Assembly: GCA_965198175.1 (NCBI GenBank)
Contig: OZ240245.1
Coordinates: 4,512,001-4,576,000 of the forward strand
Reading direction: 5' to 3'
Source: Candidatus Poribacteria bacterium
GTDB taxonomy: Bacteria; Poribacteria; WGA-4E; PCPOR2b
Length of the DNA stretch: 64,000 nt
This document shows positions 52,306 through 63,442 of the stretch, piece by piece; positions within the stretch are counted from its first letter, which is position 1, and every line of letters begins with the position of its first letter. The notes under the pieces were generated by a model. The model had not been told where the DNA came from. It saw nothing but the letters and a program-made list of their open reading frames with translations, and searched no databases. Position numbers and translations under genes: made by a program.

Positions 52306-55300
52306 TTGGATACAAAGAATTTGAACAACTTTGATGCAATCTCCATCCGAATTGCCTCACCAGAGCAGATTAAGAGTTGGGCAAAACAGGCATCATGCAA
52401 GAAACGCGCGAGCAAAACATGGCCTTGTCCAATGATGGGAGAGTGCAACTGTGCCGAGGTTCGTAAACCGGAAACCATCAACTATCGGACGTTTCGTCCA
52501 GAGCGTGAGGGTCTATTTTGTGAGGCGATATTTGGTCCTCAGAAGGATTGGGAATGTGCATGCGGAAAGTACAAACGAATTAAGCATAGAGGGGTGATTT
52601 GCGATCGGTGTGGAGTTGAGGTCACTCAGCAAAAGGTGCGCCGGGAAAGGATGGGATACATCCAGTTGGCGGCACCTGTCTCACACGTATGGTATTTCAA
52701 AGGGCTGCCCTCCCGAATCGGTCTCTTTTTAGATCTGTCGTTTCGGGATATTGAACGAGTACTTTACTTTGAAGCGTATGTTGTGCTTGATGTCAATGAT
52801 TCGGAATGCCCTCTGACGGTAAAGCAATTGCTGACAGAAGAGGAGTACAATAAGTACAAAGCACAGTATGATTTCCGAGCCGGGATGGGGGCTGAAGCCA
52901 TCCGCGAATTGCTTGAACGGATTGATTTAAAGCAAGAAGCTAAAGTGCTTCGTGATGAACTAGAGGAAACCGGGAGTAAACAGAAAGCGCGTAAACTTTC
53001 AAAACGGTTGAAATCGGCACTCGGCTTTTTAAAGTCGGGAAACCGACCGCATTGGATGATTCTTACCGTGACACCGGTGATTCCGCCGGATTTGCGCCCA
53101 TTGGTCGCACTTGACGGTGGGCGTTTCGCAACTAGTGACCTCAATGACCTGTACCGACGGGTAATCAACCGCAACAATCGGCTAAAACGATTGATGGAAT
53201 TGCGAGCGCCAGAGGTAATCATTCGGAACGAGAAGCGAATGCTTCAGGAGGCCGTTGATGCGTTGTTGGACAATGGTCGGCACGGGCGTGTAGTGCGTGG
53301 ACCGGGGAATCGCCCGCTGAAATCTTTAAGCGATATGCTCAAAGGTAAGGTGGGACGCTTTCGCCAGAACTTGCTTGGCAAACGGGTTGACTATTCAGGC
53401 AGATCTGTCATAGTTGTTGGTCCAGAACTGAAGTTGCATCAATGTGGTTTGCCCAAGGCAATGGCGCTGGAATTGTTCAAGCCGTTCATTATTCGCAAGC
53501 TACAGGAAAAGGGATATGCCCATACCATCAAACGCGCCAAGAATATGGCAGAAAAGGTTTCGCCGGAGGTGTGGGAAGTCCTTGAAGAGGTGATTGATGA
53601 ACATCCTGTATTGCTCAACCGTCCCCCGACACTCCATCGCCTTGGGATTCAAGCGTTTCAACCCTCACTGGTCGAAGGGAAGGCAATCCGAATCAACCCG
53701 CTGGTCTGCACAGCCTTCAATGCAGACTTTGACGGAGATCAGATGGCAGTGCATGTGCCTTTGAGTGTTGAGGCACAGGTCGAATCAAAGTTACTCATGA
53801 TGGCTACTCGAAATATCTTGAAGCCCGCTCATGGTGAGGCGACAGCAGTGCCTAATCTTGATGTAGTACTCGGGTGCAGTTTCCTCACGAAATCCATTCC
53901 TCAAGCAGATCGGGATAGCGTTTGTCAGATTGCGACACCCCGGCATTATCAGAATCAACAGGAAGTGATTCTTGCCCATGAGTGTGGAATTTTGGGTCTG
54001 CACGATCCGGTTCTGCTCCACATTGATGATGCAATACCGCCGATTGAGACAACGGTGGGACGGGTAATCTATAACCAAATTATTCCGGACGATCTGATGT
54101 TCACTAATCCCCATGTCGATCGGCGAATTCCGTTCATCAATTGGGAAATGCAAGCAAAAGATCTTTCTCGTCTGGTTTCACGTTGTTTCGATGAGCTTGG
54201 AAATCGCCGAACAGTGGAATTCATTGATGAACTCAAACAACTCGGATTTCATTATGCTACTGTGGCTGGAATCTCGATTGGCATACGAGATTTGATTGTT
54301 CCATCGAAAAAACAGGAATCCATTCAAGACGCACGTGCGCAAGTAGCGGAGATTGACAAGGAATACGTGAGTGGTGGCATGAGCCCAGGGGAACGATATA
54401 ACAAAGTCATTGATGTATGGCATCAACTGATAGATGACATCGAAACTGCGTTGTTTGAAGAACTCGAACAAGGACGTGAAGATGAGATTAAAGGTTTTAA
54501 TCCGGTGCATATCATGGTGGACTCTGGGGCACGATCCAGGAAAGAGTCGATTCGTCAGATTAGCGGCATGCGAGGGCTAATGACTAAGCCTTCCGGGGAA
54601 ATCATCGAACAACCGATTGAGTCGTCTTTCCGAGAGGGACTATCTGTGCTTGAATACTTTATCTCCACACACGGTGCACGAAAAGGGCTGGCGGATACAG
54701 CGATTAAGACCGCAAGTAGTGGCTACTTGACCCGCAAATTGGTTGATGTAGCCCAAGATATGATAATTACCACAAATAACTGTGGAACATTAAATGGCAT
54801 TACCAAGGTGGCTAGCGAGGATGAAGATGATACCTTCTCTGATCGAATCACTGGTCGAACAGTCGCAGAGGATATTACAGATCCGAATACAGGTGAAATA
54901 ATTATTGCTAGAGATATGCTCATCAGCCGTCAAATAGCGGAACAGATTGAAGCGGTTGGCATCACGAGCCTCCCCATTCGGTCTGCACTTACCTGCGAGG
55001 CTGCGCATGGTGTGTGCGCTATATGCTATGGAACAGATATGACAACCGGGCAGTTGGTGGATATCGGGGAAGCGATTGGTATAATTGCAGCACAGTCAAT
55101 TGGCGAGCCTGGCACCCAGTTGACGATGCGAACCTTCCATACGGGTGGAACTGTAAGTGGTGGAGGCTTTCAATCCCGAATTGAAGCGCGACATGACGGT
55201 GTGGTCAAGTACCACAATGTCAGATTTGTTGAACATCCGATTCAGGTTGATGAAACCTCTTTGGACAAATCTAAAACCAAAGGTCAACCGGAAATTGAGA

Positions 55301-56553
55301 AGATTGTCCTTTCCCGCAACGCTCAACTACGGATTGTTGATGAAAATGAACGGGTGATTGAGCGGCACGATGCGCAAATTGGTGCCCGACTATGTGTCGA
55401 GGAAGACCAGAAGGTGACAAAAGGCATTCCACATGCCCAAGATGAGCCTCCAACGCTTCTTCTTGAATGGGATCCGTATCGGGTGCCCATTTTGACGGAA
55501 TATCAAGGGAAGGCGCAGTTCCAAGATATTGTTGAAGGCAGGACAATGCGGGAAGATAAAGCCACTGGCTTGGCAGAACGGGTGATTATCGAATACAAGG
55601 GAGAGGACCAACCGCGGATTGAAATCTATTCGGACAACGAGGAACTGCTAGCCAGCTACCTAATGCCAACTGGAGCACACCTCTCCGTAACCGATGGGGA
55701 AATGGTGACTCCTGGGACCGTTTTGGCACGGCTACCCAGAGAGACAGCCAAAAGTCGAGACATTGTCACCGGGCTTCCCCGTGTTACCGAACTCTTTGAA
55801 GCGCGCCGCCCTAAAGATGCAGCGATTATCGCCGAAATCGAGGGGCACGTAAAGCTCGAGGGCATCAACCGTGGGATGCGCCAGTTGCGGATTGTGCATA
55901 CGGATGTATCGAGCCGACCTTACCGCATTCCGATGGGGAAACATCTTATCGTTCCCGATGGGGATTTTGTTGAAGCCGGTGAACGCGTGACAGATGGTCC
56001 AATTAACCCCCATGATATTTTAGAGGTCAAAGGCGAAGAAGCTGTTCAGTCCTATTTAGTCAATGAGGTCCAAGAAGTTTACCGCACACAAGGGGAACGG
56101 ATTAATGATAAACATATCGAAGTCATTATTCGTCGGATGCTAAATAAGGTGAGGATTACATCCTCGGGGAGTACAGAGTTCCTTGAGGAGGATGAGGTAG
56201 ATCGTTCAACTTTCAACCGTATCAATCGTCGTGCCATAAGTGAAGATGGACAACCGGCGATGGCGGAACCGATTCTACAAGGAATTACAAAAGCGGCGTT
56301 AAGCACGGAAAGTTTCATTTCTGCCGCATCGTTCCAGCAGACTACAAATGTACTGACAAAAGCTAGTGTTGTCGGGAAACGGGATTATCTCAAGGGGCTG
56401 AAGGAAAATGTAATCATGGGTCGTTTAATCCCGGCAGGAACGGGAGTGTCGCAATTTAGGAAGATTGAGATTCAACCGCGAACTGAACCTGAATCCCCGC
56501 TACCGAAAAGCGAATTGCCGATACTATCCCTTGATGAGCAAACTGCCGACTGA
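52306..56553 (+). CDS. rpoC: DNA-directed RNA polymerase beta' subunit
   Basis: 'NADFDGDQM'; both Zn sites; '[13 protein letters not shown]'; likely TTG start at 52306 after AAGGAG (ORF track start 52285). Confidence 0.99.
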   Translation: MDTKNLNNFDAISIRIASPEQIKSWAKQASCKKRASKTWPCPMMGECNCAEVRKPETINYRTFRPEREGLFCEAIFGPQKDWECACGKYKRIKHRGVICDRCGVEVTQQKVRRERMGYIQLAAPVSHVWYFKGLPSRIGLFLDLSFRDIERVLYFEAYVVLDVNDSECPLTVKQLLTEEEYNKYKAQYDFRAGMGAEAIRELLERIDLKQEAKVLRDELEETGSKQKARKLSKRLKSALGFLKSGNRPHWMILTVTPVIPPDLRPLVALDGGRFATSDLNDLYRRVINRNNRLKRLMELRAPEVIIRNEKRMLQEAVDALLDNGRHGRVVRGPGNRPLKSLSDMLKGKVGRFRQNLLGKRVDYSGRSVIVVGPELKLHQCGLPKAMALELFKPFIIRKLQEKGYAHTIKRAKNMAEKVSPEVWEVLEEVIDEHPVLLNRPPTLHRLGIQAFQPSLVEGKAIRINPLVCTAFNADFDGDQMAVHVPLSVEAQVESKLLMMATRNILKPAHGEATAVPNLDVVLGCSFLTKSIPQADRDSVCQIATPRHYQNQQEVILAHECGILGLHDPVLLHIDDAIPPIETTVGRVIYNQIIPDDLMFTNPHVDRRIPFINWEMQAKDLSRLVSRCFDELGNRRTVEFIDELKQLGFHYATVAGISIGIRDLIVPSKKQESIQDARAQVAEIDKEYVSGGMSPGERYNKVIDVWHQLIDDIETALFEELEQGREDEIKGFNPVHIMVDSGARSRKESIRQISGMRGLMTKPSGEIIEQPIESSFREGLSVLEYFISTHGARKGLADTAIKTASSGYLTRKLVDVAQDMIITTNNCGTLNGITKVASEDEDDTFSDRITGRTVAEDITDPNTGEIIIARDMLISRQIAEQIEAVGITSLPIRSALTCEAAHGVCAICYGTDMTTGQLVDIGEAIGIIAAQSIGEPGTQLTMRTFHTGGTVSGGGFQSRIEARHDGVVKYHNVRFVEHPIQVDETSLDKSKTKGQPEIEKIVLSRNAQLRIVDENERVIERHDAQIGARLCVEEDQKVTKGIPHAQDEPPTLLLEWDPYRVPILTEYQGKAQFQDIVEGRTMREDKATGLAERVIIEYKGEDQPRIEIYSDNEELLASYLMPTGAHLSVTDGEMVTPGTVLARLPRETAKSRDIVTGLPRVTELFEARRPKDAAIIAEIEGHVKLEGINRGMRQLRIVHTDVSSRPYRIPMGKHLIVPDGDFVEAGERVTDGPINPHDILEVKGEEAVQSYLVNEVQEVYRTQGERINDKHIEVIIRRMLNKVRITSSGSTEFLEEDEVDRSTFNRINRRAISEDGQPAMAEPILQGITKAALSTESFISAASFQQTTNVLTKASVVGKRDYLKGLKENVIMGRLIPAGTGVSQFRKIEIQPRTEPESPLPKSELPILSLDEQTAD

Positions 56554-56837
56554 ATGTTACGTAAAATAAAGTGCCAACCGAAATCGTTTAATGTCCATCC
56601 GGTTTTTTGTCTTTTTGTTTCTTTTTTTCAATCTTATATTCACCCGATTCTTTGCCAATTTCTATCATAGCTCAACCACTCTTTCGCGATGCCTCTTTTT
56701 TTACTGCTTAGCGAAATTTAATCTGCAACGTCTATTGTCTCTAAAAATCGGCTTACACGGTTGGACATGAAGAAAAATCCCGCCATTTCGCTGATGCGTA
56801 AATGCTATCCCTACGCATTATGTAATACTGTGTTGGT

Positions 56838-58397
56838 TTGCTAATGCGTAAGCCACCAGTGTACTCCACAGTCCAAAAAAGGAGTAGCGCATTGAGACCA
56901 ATTAGCCTGTTTCATTGCTTTCTGCTTTTCCTATTCGTACACTTTAGCGAAGGGGAAGTAAGGAGCATTGCCCCAATCGAGCTAGGAAAAATGCTACAGT
57001 TACCTCAAGAGGATTGGTTGAACTTGACCGTGATGGGCGAAAAAATTGGATATGCTCACATCTACACGGAAAAATCACAATACCTCGGCGAGGAAACCAT
57101 CCGCACTCGTATGGATGTAGTGATGGAGTTTAAACGTGCCGGCACAAGTCTACGGCTGGAAACGACAAAAATTCATTATGTAGGTATGGATTTCGTTCCG
57201 CGGTACTTCATTTCGACATCGAAGGAATCCGGGCATGAGAAGCGTGTTGAAGGCGAAATTAGAGATGGCAGTGTCTACTTGGAAACGACCCTTGCCGGAC
57301 AAACGACTCAGTCTCAGAAGTTAATTCCACCTGATACCATTTTCGAGGAAACGCTCGGTTATTTGATGCTTCAGCGTGGCATCCGTGTCGGGGATGAATA
57401 CACGTTGTCTGTGTTTAATACGGAACTTATGCGACCTTTGGAGACAAAAGTAAAAGTTGTTCGGGAGGATGAGGTCGAATATGGAGGGGAATTTAAACCT
57501 ACCTTTGTCATTGATTACGCGATGGACTTCATGGGCGGCTTGGCAGCGACTGCCTGGCTAGGAAACGATGGAACAACCTATCGTATAGAAACCGGCGTGA
57601 CCGGAATGAAGATGGTTCTGTCGAAAGTAGATATGCGGACGGCGCTTGGTGATGCCGGTGAACTGGATGTTATCATCAATACGAAGATTTTCTTTCAGGG
57701 CAAACTTCCGACTCACAATGCCCGATATTTTAAAGCGCGGTTGCAACTCAGCGGAGGAAACTTGGACGAAGTAATCGTAAGGAATGGTCGTCAGAAACTC
57801 TTCCTTGATGACCATCGGCGCAATGGAACCGTGGAAATCCAGGTACCCGCCGTTAATCCTTCAAATGTTCTAAACCTACCGATTCAATCCGAAGCAGATC
57901 AAGATCTTGATAAATTCCTAAAATCGACGGCATACATCCAAGCCGATCAGCCTGCGCTTCGAGCAAAAGCAATCGAGATACTTAATGGAGAAAAAGATGC
58001 GTGGAAAGCTTCTAAGAAACTTTGTCGCTGGGTGCACAACAATATATACGACAAGAACCTCAAAATCGGATTTGGATCGGCATTGCAAACGTTAGAATCG
58101 CTAGAAGGGGATTGCACAGAACACACAGTGTTGTTAATCGCGCTGGCGCGCTCGGTTGACATTCCCGCCAGAGCATGCATGGGGCTTGTGTTTCAGCGTG
58201 ATGCCTTCTACTATCATTTCTGGCCTGAAGTGTATGTGGGAGAATGGGTTGCGATGGAACCGACACTCGGACAAATTCAAGCCGATGCGACTCATATTCA
58301 ACTTGCCGGCAGTCAGATGGAGTCAAACTCCATGCTGGAATTCGGTGAAGGGGTTATGCGCACGCTGAATCAACTCGAGATTGAGGTAATTGAGTGA
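56838..58397 (+). CDS. Exported transglutaminase-like domain protein
   Basis: 'EGDCTEH.VL..ALAR...IPAR...YHFWPEVY.GEWVAMEPT'; start uncertain. Confidence 0.88.
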   Translation: MLMRKPPVYSTVQKRSSALRPISLFHCFLLFLFVHFSEGEVRSIAPIELGKMLQLPQEDWLNLTVMGEKIGYAHIYTEKSQYLGEETIRTRMDVVMEFKRAGTSLRLETTKIHYVGMDFVPRYFISTSKESGHEKRVEGEIRDGSVYLETTLAGQTTQSQKLIPPDTIFEETLGYLMLQRGIRVGDEYTLSVFNTELMRPLETKVKVVREDEVEYGGEFKPTFVIDYAMDFMGGLAATAWLGNDGTTYRIETGVTGMKMVLSKVDMRTALGDAGELDVIINTKIFFQGKLPTHNARYFKARLQLSGGNLDEVIVRNGRQKLFLDDHRRNGTVEIQVPAVNPSNVLNLPIQSEADQDLDKFLKSTAYIQADQPALRAKAIEILNGEKDAWKASKKLCRWVHNNIYDKNLKIGFGSALQTLESLEGDCTEHTVLLIALARSVDIPARACMGLVFQRDAFYYHFWPEVYVGEWVAMEPTLGQIQADATHIQLAGSQMESNSMLEFGEGVMRTLNQLEIEVIE

Positions 58398-58438
58398 CCA
58401 GAGCAAGTAAACTCTATAATCACAAGGGAGCTCATCTT

Positions 58439-59080
58439 TCACAGCGCGGCGAGCCATTGGCGCATCTCTTGCGGATTTCCACCGAACATCAGTGAACCCG
58501 GTACGATAAAGTTCGCACCAGCGGTATGAATCAGCGGAACTGTCTCCCGTCGAATCCCACCATCGGCTTCGATTTCTGTCTTTTGCCTACGCCCCGCGAT
58601 AATTTCTCGACACAGGCGAATCTTGTCTGGAACTGATGCATCCATTAAGGCACCTTTAATTCCCATAGCTGTGCCTACAACGGTGACAATGTCTAAGTCA
58701 TCCCAATACGGTTCAAGTAAATCAACGGACTCTGTGATTAGCAGCGAAACCCCCGCCGCTTTCCCACAGGATTTAATAGCTTCAAGCACTTCACCTGGAT
58801 CGCTGGGAGCGTCGAAACAAAAAATGATGCTGTCCGCGCCGGCTTCAACGAAGGGTTCAATCCAACCTATGGGGTCAGTGGTCATTAGATGCACTTCAAA
58901 CGGTACACTGGTAAGCATCCGCAAAGCCTTGACCATGTCCGGGAAGAACAGCAGATTCTTGACATAATGCCCATCAGCCACATCGAGATGAAAACGCTCC
59001 GAGTATGGCTCAACACGTTTTATCTCCGATGCTAGATTTGCCAAATCAGCTGACCAGAGGGATGTAGAACACTTTAGCAT
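58439..59080 (-). CDS. Ribulose-phosphate 3-epimerase family protein
   Basis: 'FHLDVADGHYV.NL', 'EVHLM', 'IEADGGI', 'VPGS'. Confidence 0.9.
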   Translation of the reverse strand: MLKCSTSLWSADLANLASEIKRVEPYSERFHLDVADGHYVKNLLFFPDMVKALRMLTSVPFEVHLMTTDPIGWIEPFVEAGADSIIFCFDAPSDPGEVLEAIKSCGKAAGVSLLITESVDLLEPYWDDLDIVTVVGTAMGIKGALMDASVPDKIRLCREIIAGRRQKTEIEADGGIRRETVPLIHTAGANFIVPGSLMFGGNPQEMRQWLAAL

Positions 59081-59901
59081 GTAGCACTCCTTGAGGGACA
59101 AAAGTGGTTGTGCAAAAATGCTTCTATGAACGTCTGGACTTCTGCTCCGTGGCGTTCTTGGTTTACCGCTTTCGACGTTAGTTCCTTGAACTCCGCTTTC
59201 GGAATCTCTCGCGCCAAAATTTCACCGTATTCGAAGGGATGGATAGGGTCTTGTCGGTTGGCGACCACCAGAGTAGGAACCGCAATAGCTGCTAATTCCC
59301 GAAGGTCATAAAGCGGTGCGTCGCTTGAAATGCGCTCCAATTTCACCGCAGTTTCCGCCGCGCGTAAAGCTTCAAACTGTCCTAACAGCGAATCAGCCGC
59401 GGCTGGTGACTCGCGCAGTGTTTCAATGTAGTATTCAGATTTCTTGAAGCGTTCCAAGCCACGTTTGTGGCCGTGTTGGCGAATCAATTGAGCAATATAC
59501 GAATAGATTTCTGCATTCCGCAGCATAGGACCAATCAGCCAGGCCGGACGCGAGAGGATGAGACCGAGCACGCGATCCGAAAACCGAAGCGTGAAGTTGA
59601 GTGCAACGGCAGCTCCCATTGAGATGCCGCCAATGACAGCGCGAGATATGCTCAAGCTATCCATGAGTGCGAGTAAATCATCAGCAAATACGGCAATCCC
59701 GATTTTCTCCACAGCGCCTAGTGGGCGTGTCTCTCCATGCCCGCGACAATCGAAAGACAGCAAGCGGAACCCTGGAGGAGGCTTGAAAAGTCCGGAAGGC
59801 TGGTTGACATCACCGCCGAGTCCATGCTGGAAGAAGAAGGGTATCCCTCTTCCTATGTCAAGGTAATGGAAATTCAGCTCATCTCTAGCGAAAAAAGGCA
59901 T
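59074..59901 (-). CDS. Alpha/beta hydrolase
   Basis: 'QHGLGG', 'DCRGHG', 'GISMG', 'DPIHP'. Confidence 0.92.
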   Translation of the reverse strand: MPFFARDELNFHYLDIGRGIPFFFQHGLGGDVNQPSGLFKPPPGFRLLSFDCRGHGETRPLGAVEKIGIAVFADDLLALMDSLSISRAVIGGISMGAAVALNFTLRFSDRVLGLILSRPAWLIGPMLRNAEIYSYIAQLIRQHGHKRGLERFKKSEYYIETLRESPAAADSLLGQFEALRAAETAVKLERISSDAPLYDLRELAAIAVPTLVVANRQDPIHPFEYGEILAREIPKAEFKELTSKAVNQERHGAEVQTFIEAFLHNHFCPSRSATC

Positions 59902-60229
59902 CGGTGGCTTCCTTTATCTGCATCAGATGCCGACAAAAGACTTCCAAGGTCCTCGAGAATCGGGAAATCCTAGGGTCTAAAGCGTTTAACATTTTGGCGC
60001 CGCTGTGGTCGATCGGAATCACTAGAATTTCTCAGCCGAGTTACATGTTCCCTAACCTTGACCTAAGGCGTGTGACCTGACGGAAGATAGTCGTGAAGAA
60101 TTGAGTGCACGCCGGTTTCCCCTCGTCCTCTACCCACACTCACTCCCTTTCAAGGTCTACGAATGTTAGAGACGAAATCAGATCCGCTTGTCCCATGATA
60201 AAGATTTTCCAACAAGAATCGGATGCGGT

Positions 60230-60604
60230 TTATTCTTCTTCGTCAAAAACGATAAGTTGCGCCAGCAGCGTACCTGCTTGGTTGTTATGCGACGGATTTT
60301 CGTTCATCGCCAAGAAGATTACTCCTTCAGCCGGGGCGGCATTGTCGTAGCGTGAGCCAACGGAAAAGACAACGTCACCAATCCTAGCAATCAATGCGCC
60401 GACATTGGTACCAGGACACAAGTAATCATCTCCAGCAATGGTATTTGCAACCCCATCAGCACCACACCAGCCGATACGATTTTGTAAATCAGGCGACCAT
60501 GCGCCTTCGGCATCAATGACCAAGCGCTGCCCTTTTTTTACATGAACATAAGTTTCCTGCCAAACAGGACTTGGACGTGCCGTTCGAATAACCGTTAATG
60601 GCAT
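60230..60604 (-). CDS. LecA/PA-IL-like lectin-fold protein
   Basis: 'WQ.T.V.VKKGQ.L.I.A.G.W...GALIARIG...G.IFLAMN'. Confidence 0.6.
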   Translation of the reverse strand: MPLTVIRTARPSPVWQETYVHVKKGQRLVIDAEGAWSPDLQNRIGWCGADGVANTIAGDDYLCPGTNVGALIARIGDVVFSVGSRYDNAAPAEGVIFLAMNENPSHNNQAGTLLAQLIVFDEEE

Positions 60605-60651
60605 AGTTCCCCCTCGCTTTATAAATATTCACAACAATCTATTATACTCGC

Positions 60652-62691
60652 CTACTTTCCACCCAACCGATTGCAGAGATTGTCGAGGCGTTTGATGACA
60701 GCCTTTGAATCCGTTCCCTGAAATCCAAGGTCATAGGCTTCGTCAATCACCATTTTTTCCTGGATTGGACTTTCGATAATCAGGGTCCTCGCTTTCTTAT
60801 AAGCTTCATATGCTTCGTCACGAACGCCACGATCTTCACTGATATGCGCTAGATAGACGTAAGCGGCGGCAAGACGCGGGGAGTGAGATCGACTTGCAAC
60901 GAATTCGTTGAAGGCTGAAACAGCGTCATCATAACGTCGATCCTCATAATGCACCCGTCCAATTCGAAACTGTGCACGATCTTCGAAGCTATCTTTGTAG
61001 CCATCGGCGCGGTATTGATCTTGCTCGGGGTAAGCAATCGTTGTCTGATAAGCTTCCAAAGCTTTATCGTATTGGTGGAGTGAACGATAGATTTCCCCAA
61101 GCTGGAAATTTGCCATCATGGTTTGCGACGAAGTCGGATATTGACGAATCAAGGTTTTGTAGTGCTCGATCGCATTCTGGATGTCGTCAAGATGATTGGC
61201 ATAGATTAAGCCGCTTCGGTACATAGCTTCGGCAGCCCAAGGCGAATTGGGATGTTCATCAATCAATTGACTATACGAAATTATTGCTTGATGATAGTCT
61301 TGTAGACCGCGTTCGTAGATTTTGCCAATCCGAAATAGGGAGTGTGCGGCTGTAGGTGTGCCAGGATTCTCGCGTATCTGCATCCGCAGATGTTGGATGG
61401 ATGCGTGTCTTTGAATCGACTGTAGTTCCGACTGGGCACGTTGTAGGTACCCCCCTTCAGGCGCATCGGCGATTAACTGTCGCACCAGCGGTAATGCTGC
61501 CATGTAGTTCCCCTCCGCGATATGCTTCTCAATCTTTTCCCACTCGATTTTGGGAAGGTCGGATTGGAGTTGCTGAACCTTCGCTTTCAACTCCGTTTCG
61601 ATATTGAAGGCTTTTTGATTGTATTTGCCGATGGCACCAAAGTGGGCAGGATCCAATTTCGGCAAGTAAGCAAGTAGAAAGGTTCTGAATACTTGAATCG
61701 ACCGGCGGTAGTTTTGTAATTTTTCATAACCAACGCCCAACCAATAATAAACGGCATGCATGTTCCAAAAATCGGGATACTTTCTCGTAAGCTGTTCAAA
61801 AACTTGCACGGCGCATTCATACTGCTTTTGTTCATTATAGATGAGGGCGGTTCGAAAAAGGGCATCTGCTGCAAAGTTGCTTGTTGGATAGTTGTCAACA
61901 ACTTTTTTATACGCCTCAATTGCTAGTTTTGGCTGATTTAGACCATCATTTCGCAGTTTTCCAATGCGCCACTGTGCTTCAGGAGAAAGTCTTGTGCTCC
62001 CATACTGCTTAAGAAGGGCTTCATACTCGGAAATCGCTTTTTCCGGCTGGTTCAGTTGATATAGGTTGCGATACAGTTCCGCGATTTGAAACTGTGCTTC
62101 GACAGCAAGCGGTGTTCCTACATAAGCGCTGATTACCTGCTGTTGATTGTGTAAGTCCTCAAGTGCCATCTGAATGTTCCGTATCTTTTGTAAAGCGGTT
62201 TGATGGGTAAAATGGTTCGGCACAGATCGATCTACAACGATTTGATAGGTCGTAATGGCGTCCTCATGTTGCCCTAGGCGACAATACACATCACCCTTCT
62301 TAATGTGGCTAAGAAACTGATCGTCCAGCCCCTTCTCGCTGAGTTTAACAACCTTGTCGTAAGCTTCTAGGGCTTTCAGATATTCATGTGTATAGGTGTA
62401 GTAAATCTCACCCAATCGATAGAAAATATCGCCAAGTTTTTCAATGTTTTTCGTAGATTCGGCGAGGTTTTGAAGCACTTGAGCTGCTTCCTGGTATTTC
62501 TTCGCTTCAACAAGTGAAGCGATTGTATTGGCTTGCGCTTGGGCAGTTCCCAGGACTACAATGCTCGCCAAAATGGTGTAAGCCAGTAACCTCAGATGTA
62601 ATGCGTGGCAAGTGAAATTTAAAACGTGGAGACCCATTCTCCTTGCTTTGTCACCTCTTCCGCTCTTTTCCAGTTTGGTTGAGAAAATCAT
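60652..62691 (-). CDS. Exported tetratricopeptide repeat protein
   Basis: Many 'A.F.IG.IY.....A...Y..L...YP.S..A' repeats; signal-peptide-like segment; start uncertain. Confidence 0.92.
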   Translation of the reverse strand: MIFSTKLEKSGRGDKARRMGLHVLNFTCHALHLRLLAYTILASIVVLGTAQAQANTIASLVEAKKYQEAAQVLQNLAESTKNIEKLGDIFYRLGEIYYTYTHEYLKALEAYDKVVKLSEKGLDDQFLSHIKKGDVYCRLGQHEDAITTYQIVVDRSVPNHFTHQTALQKIRNIQMALEDLHNQQQVISAYVGTPLAVEAQFQIAELYRNLYQLNQPEKAISEYEALLKQYGSTRLSPEAQWRIGKLRNDGLNQPKLAIEAYKKVVDNYPTSNFAADALFRTALIYNEQKQYECAVQVFEQLTRKYPDFWNMHAVYYWLGVGYEKLQNYRRSIQVFRTFLLAYLPKLDPAHFGAIGKYNQKAFNIETELKAKVQQLQSDLPKIEWEKIEKHIAEGNYMAALPLVRQLIADAPEGGYLQRAQSELQSIQRHASIQHLRMQIRENPGTPTAAHSLFRIGKIYERGLQDYHQAIISYSQLIDEHPNSPWAAEAMYRSGLIYANHLDDIQNAIEHYKTLIRQYPTSSQTMMANFQLGEIYRSLHQYDKALEAYQTTIAYPEQDQYRADGYKDSFEDRAQFRIGRVHYEDRRYDDAVSAFNEFVASRSHSPRLAAAYVYLAHISEDRGVRDEAYEAYKKARTLIIESPIQEKMVIDEAYDLGFQGTDSKAVIKRLDNLCNRLGGK

Positions 62692-62924
62692 TGTTATTGT
62701 CCCATATTCTGATTGCGTGTGGTAAGAGCCAGACGTAAATGTCAGAAAACTTATCTCGACCCACTTGTCTTCAGACCAGATTAGAGATGTCAGAATCCAG
62801 GGACTAGATTCCTCCTTTTGGAGCTAGCCTTCTACCATGAAGTTATTCGTCTGCGAAGGTTTCCCAAAAAGTGCCCTGCACCTGTTCCTTTTCTCTTTGA
62901 AACACCCCGGCTGATGCCCAATCA

Positions 62925-63425
62925 TCAGTCTCTCAGATACATTGCCACCAGCGCATCATCCAGGTTAGCTTTAATCTGTTGTTGTTTATATTGTTCAACT
63001 CGTTCTTGCGGGGATGGAATGTGAACCGATCTTAGAGGTGCATCCGCTGACCGATCCTGATTAAAGATTATGCTAGCGACGGGGATACTTACGGCCAGTA
63101 TACAGCAAGCGACCGCGATTCGCCAGTTCCAAGCAGAGCAAAGTGCCTCGAATACCCGCGAAAAGAATGGCATCGGTACGGGTTGAGATGATTCTACCAC
63201 AAGGCGTTTGTATACGTTCACCTCAAGATTATTGAGGATAGGGTCCGGAATTGATATCGCCCTTACTTCCTCAGTCAAACTCAGAACCTTTTTCAAAGAT
63301 TCAACCGCTTGGACGCAGGCAGGGCAATTCTGTAGATGTCCCTCCATGAGCCCCAATCGTTCATTGTCGAGGAGGTCACAAACATAGTCGGTGTGCAATT
63401 CCTCTAGTTGTTTACACGTTGTCAT
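62925..63425 (-). CDS. zf-HC2 anti-sigma factor (possibly 3'-frameshifted)
   Basis: 'C...HLQNCPAC' ZAS motif plus one TM helix; directly downstream of an ECF sigma. Confidence 0.85.
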   Translation of the reverse strand: MTTCKQLEELHTDYVCDLLDNERLGLMEGHLQNCPACVQAVESLKKVLSLTEEVRAISIPDPILNNLEVNVYKRLVVESSQPVPMPFFSRVFEALCSAWNWRIAVACCILAVSIPVASIIFNQDRSADAPLRSVHIPSPQERVEQYKQQQIKANLDDALVAMYLRD

Positions 63426-63442
63426 TGAGCAAACTCCTTAGA

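Noticed and set aside
56575..56630. Intrinsic terminator after rpoC
   Set aside because: A T-rich tract is present but there is no convincing GC stem
59905..60225. Possible riboswitch upstream of the hydrolase
   Set aside because: No known aptamer consensus recognised; would need an Infernal/Rfam scan
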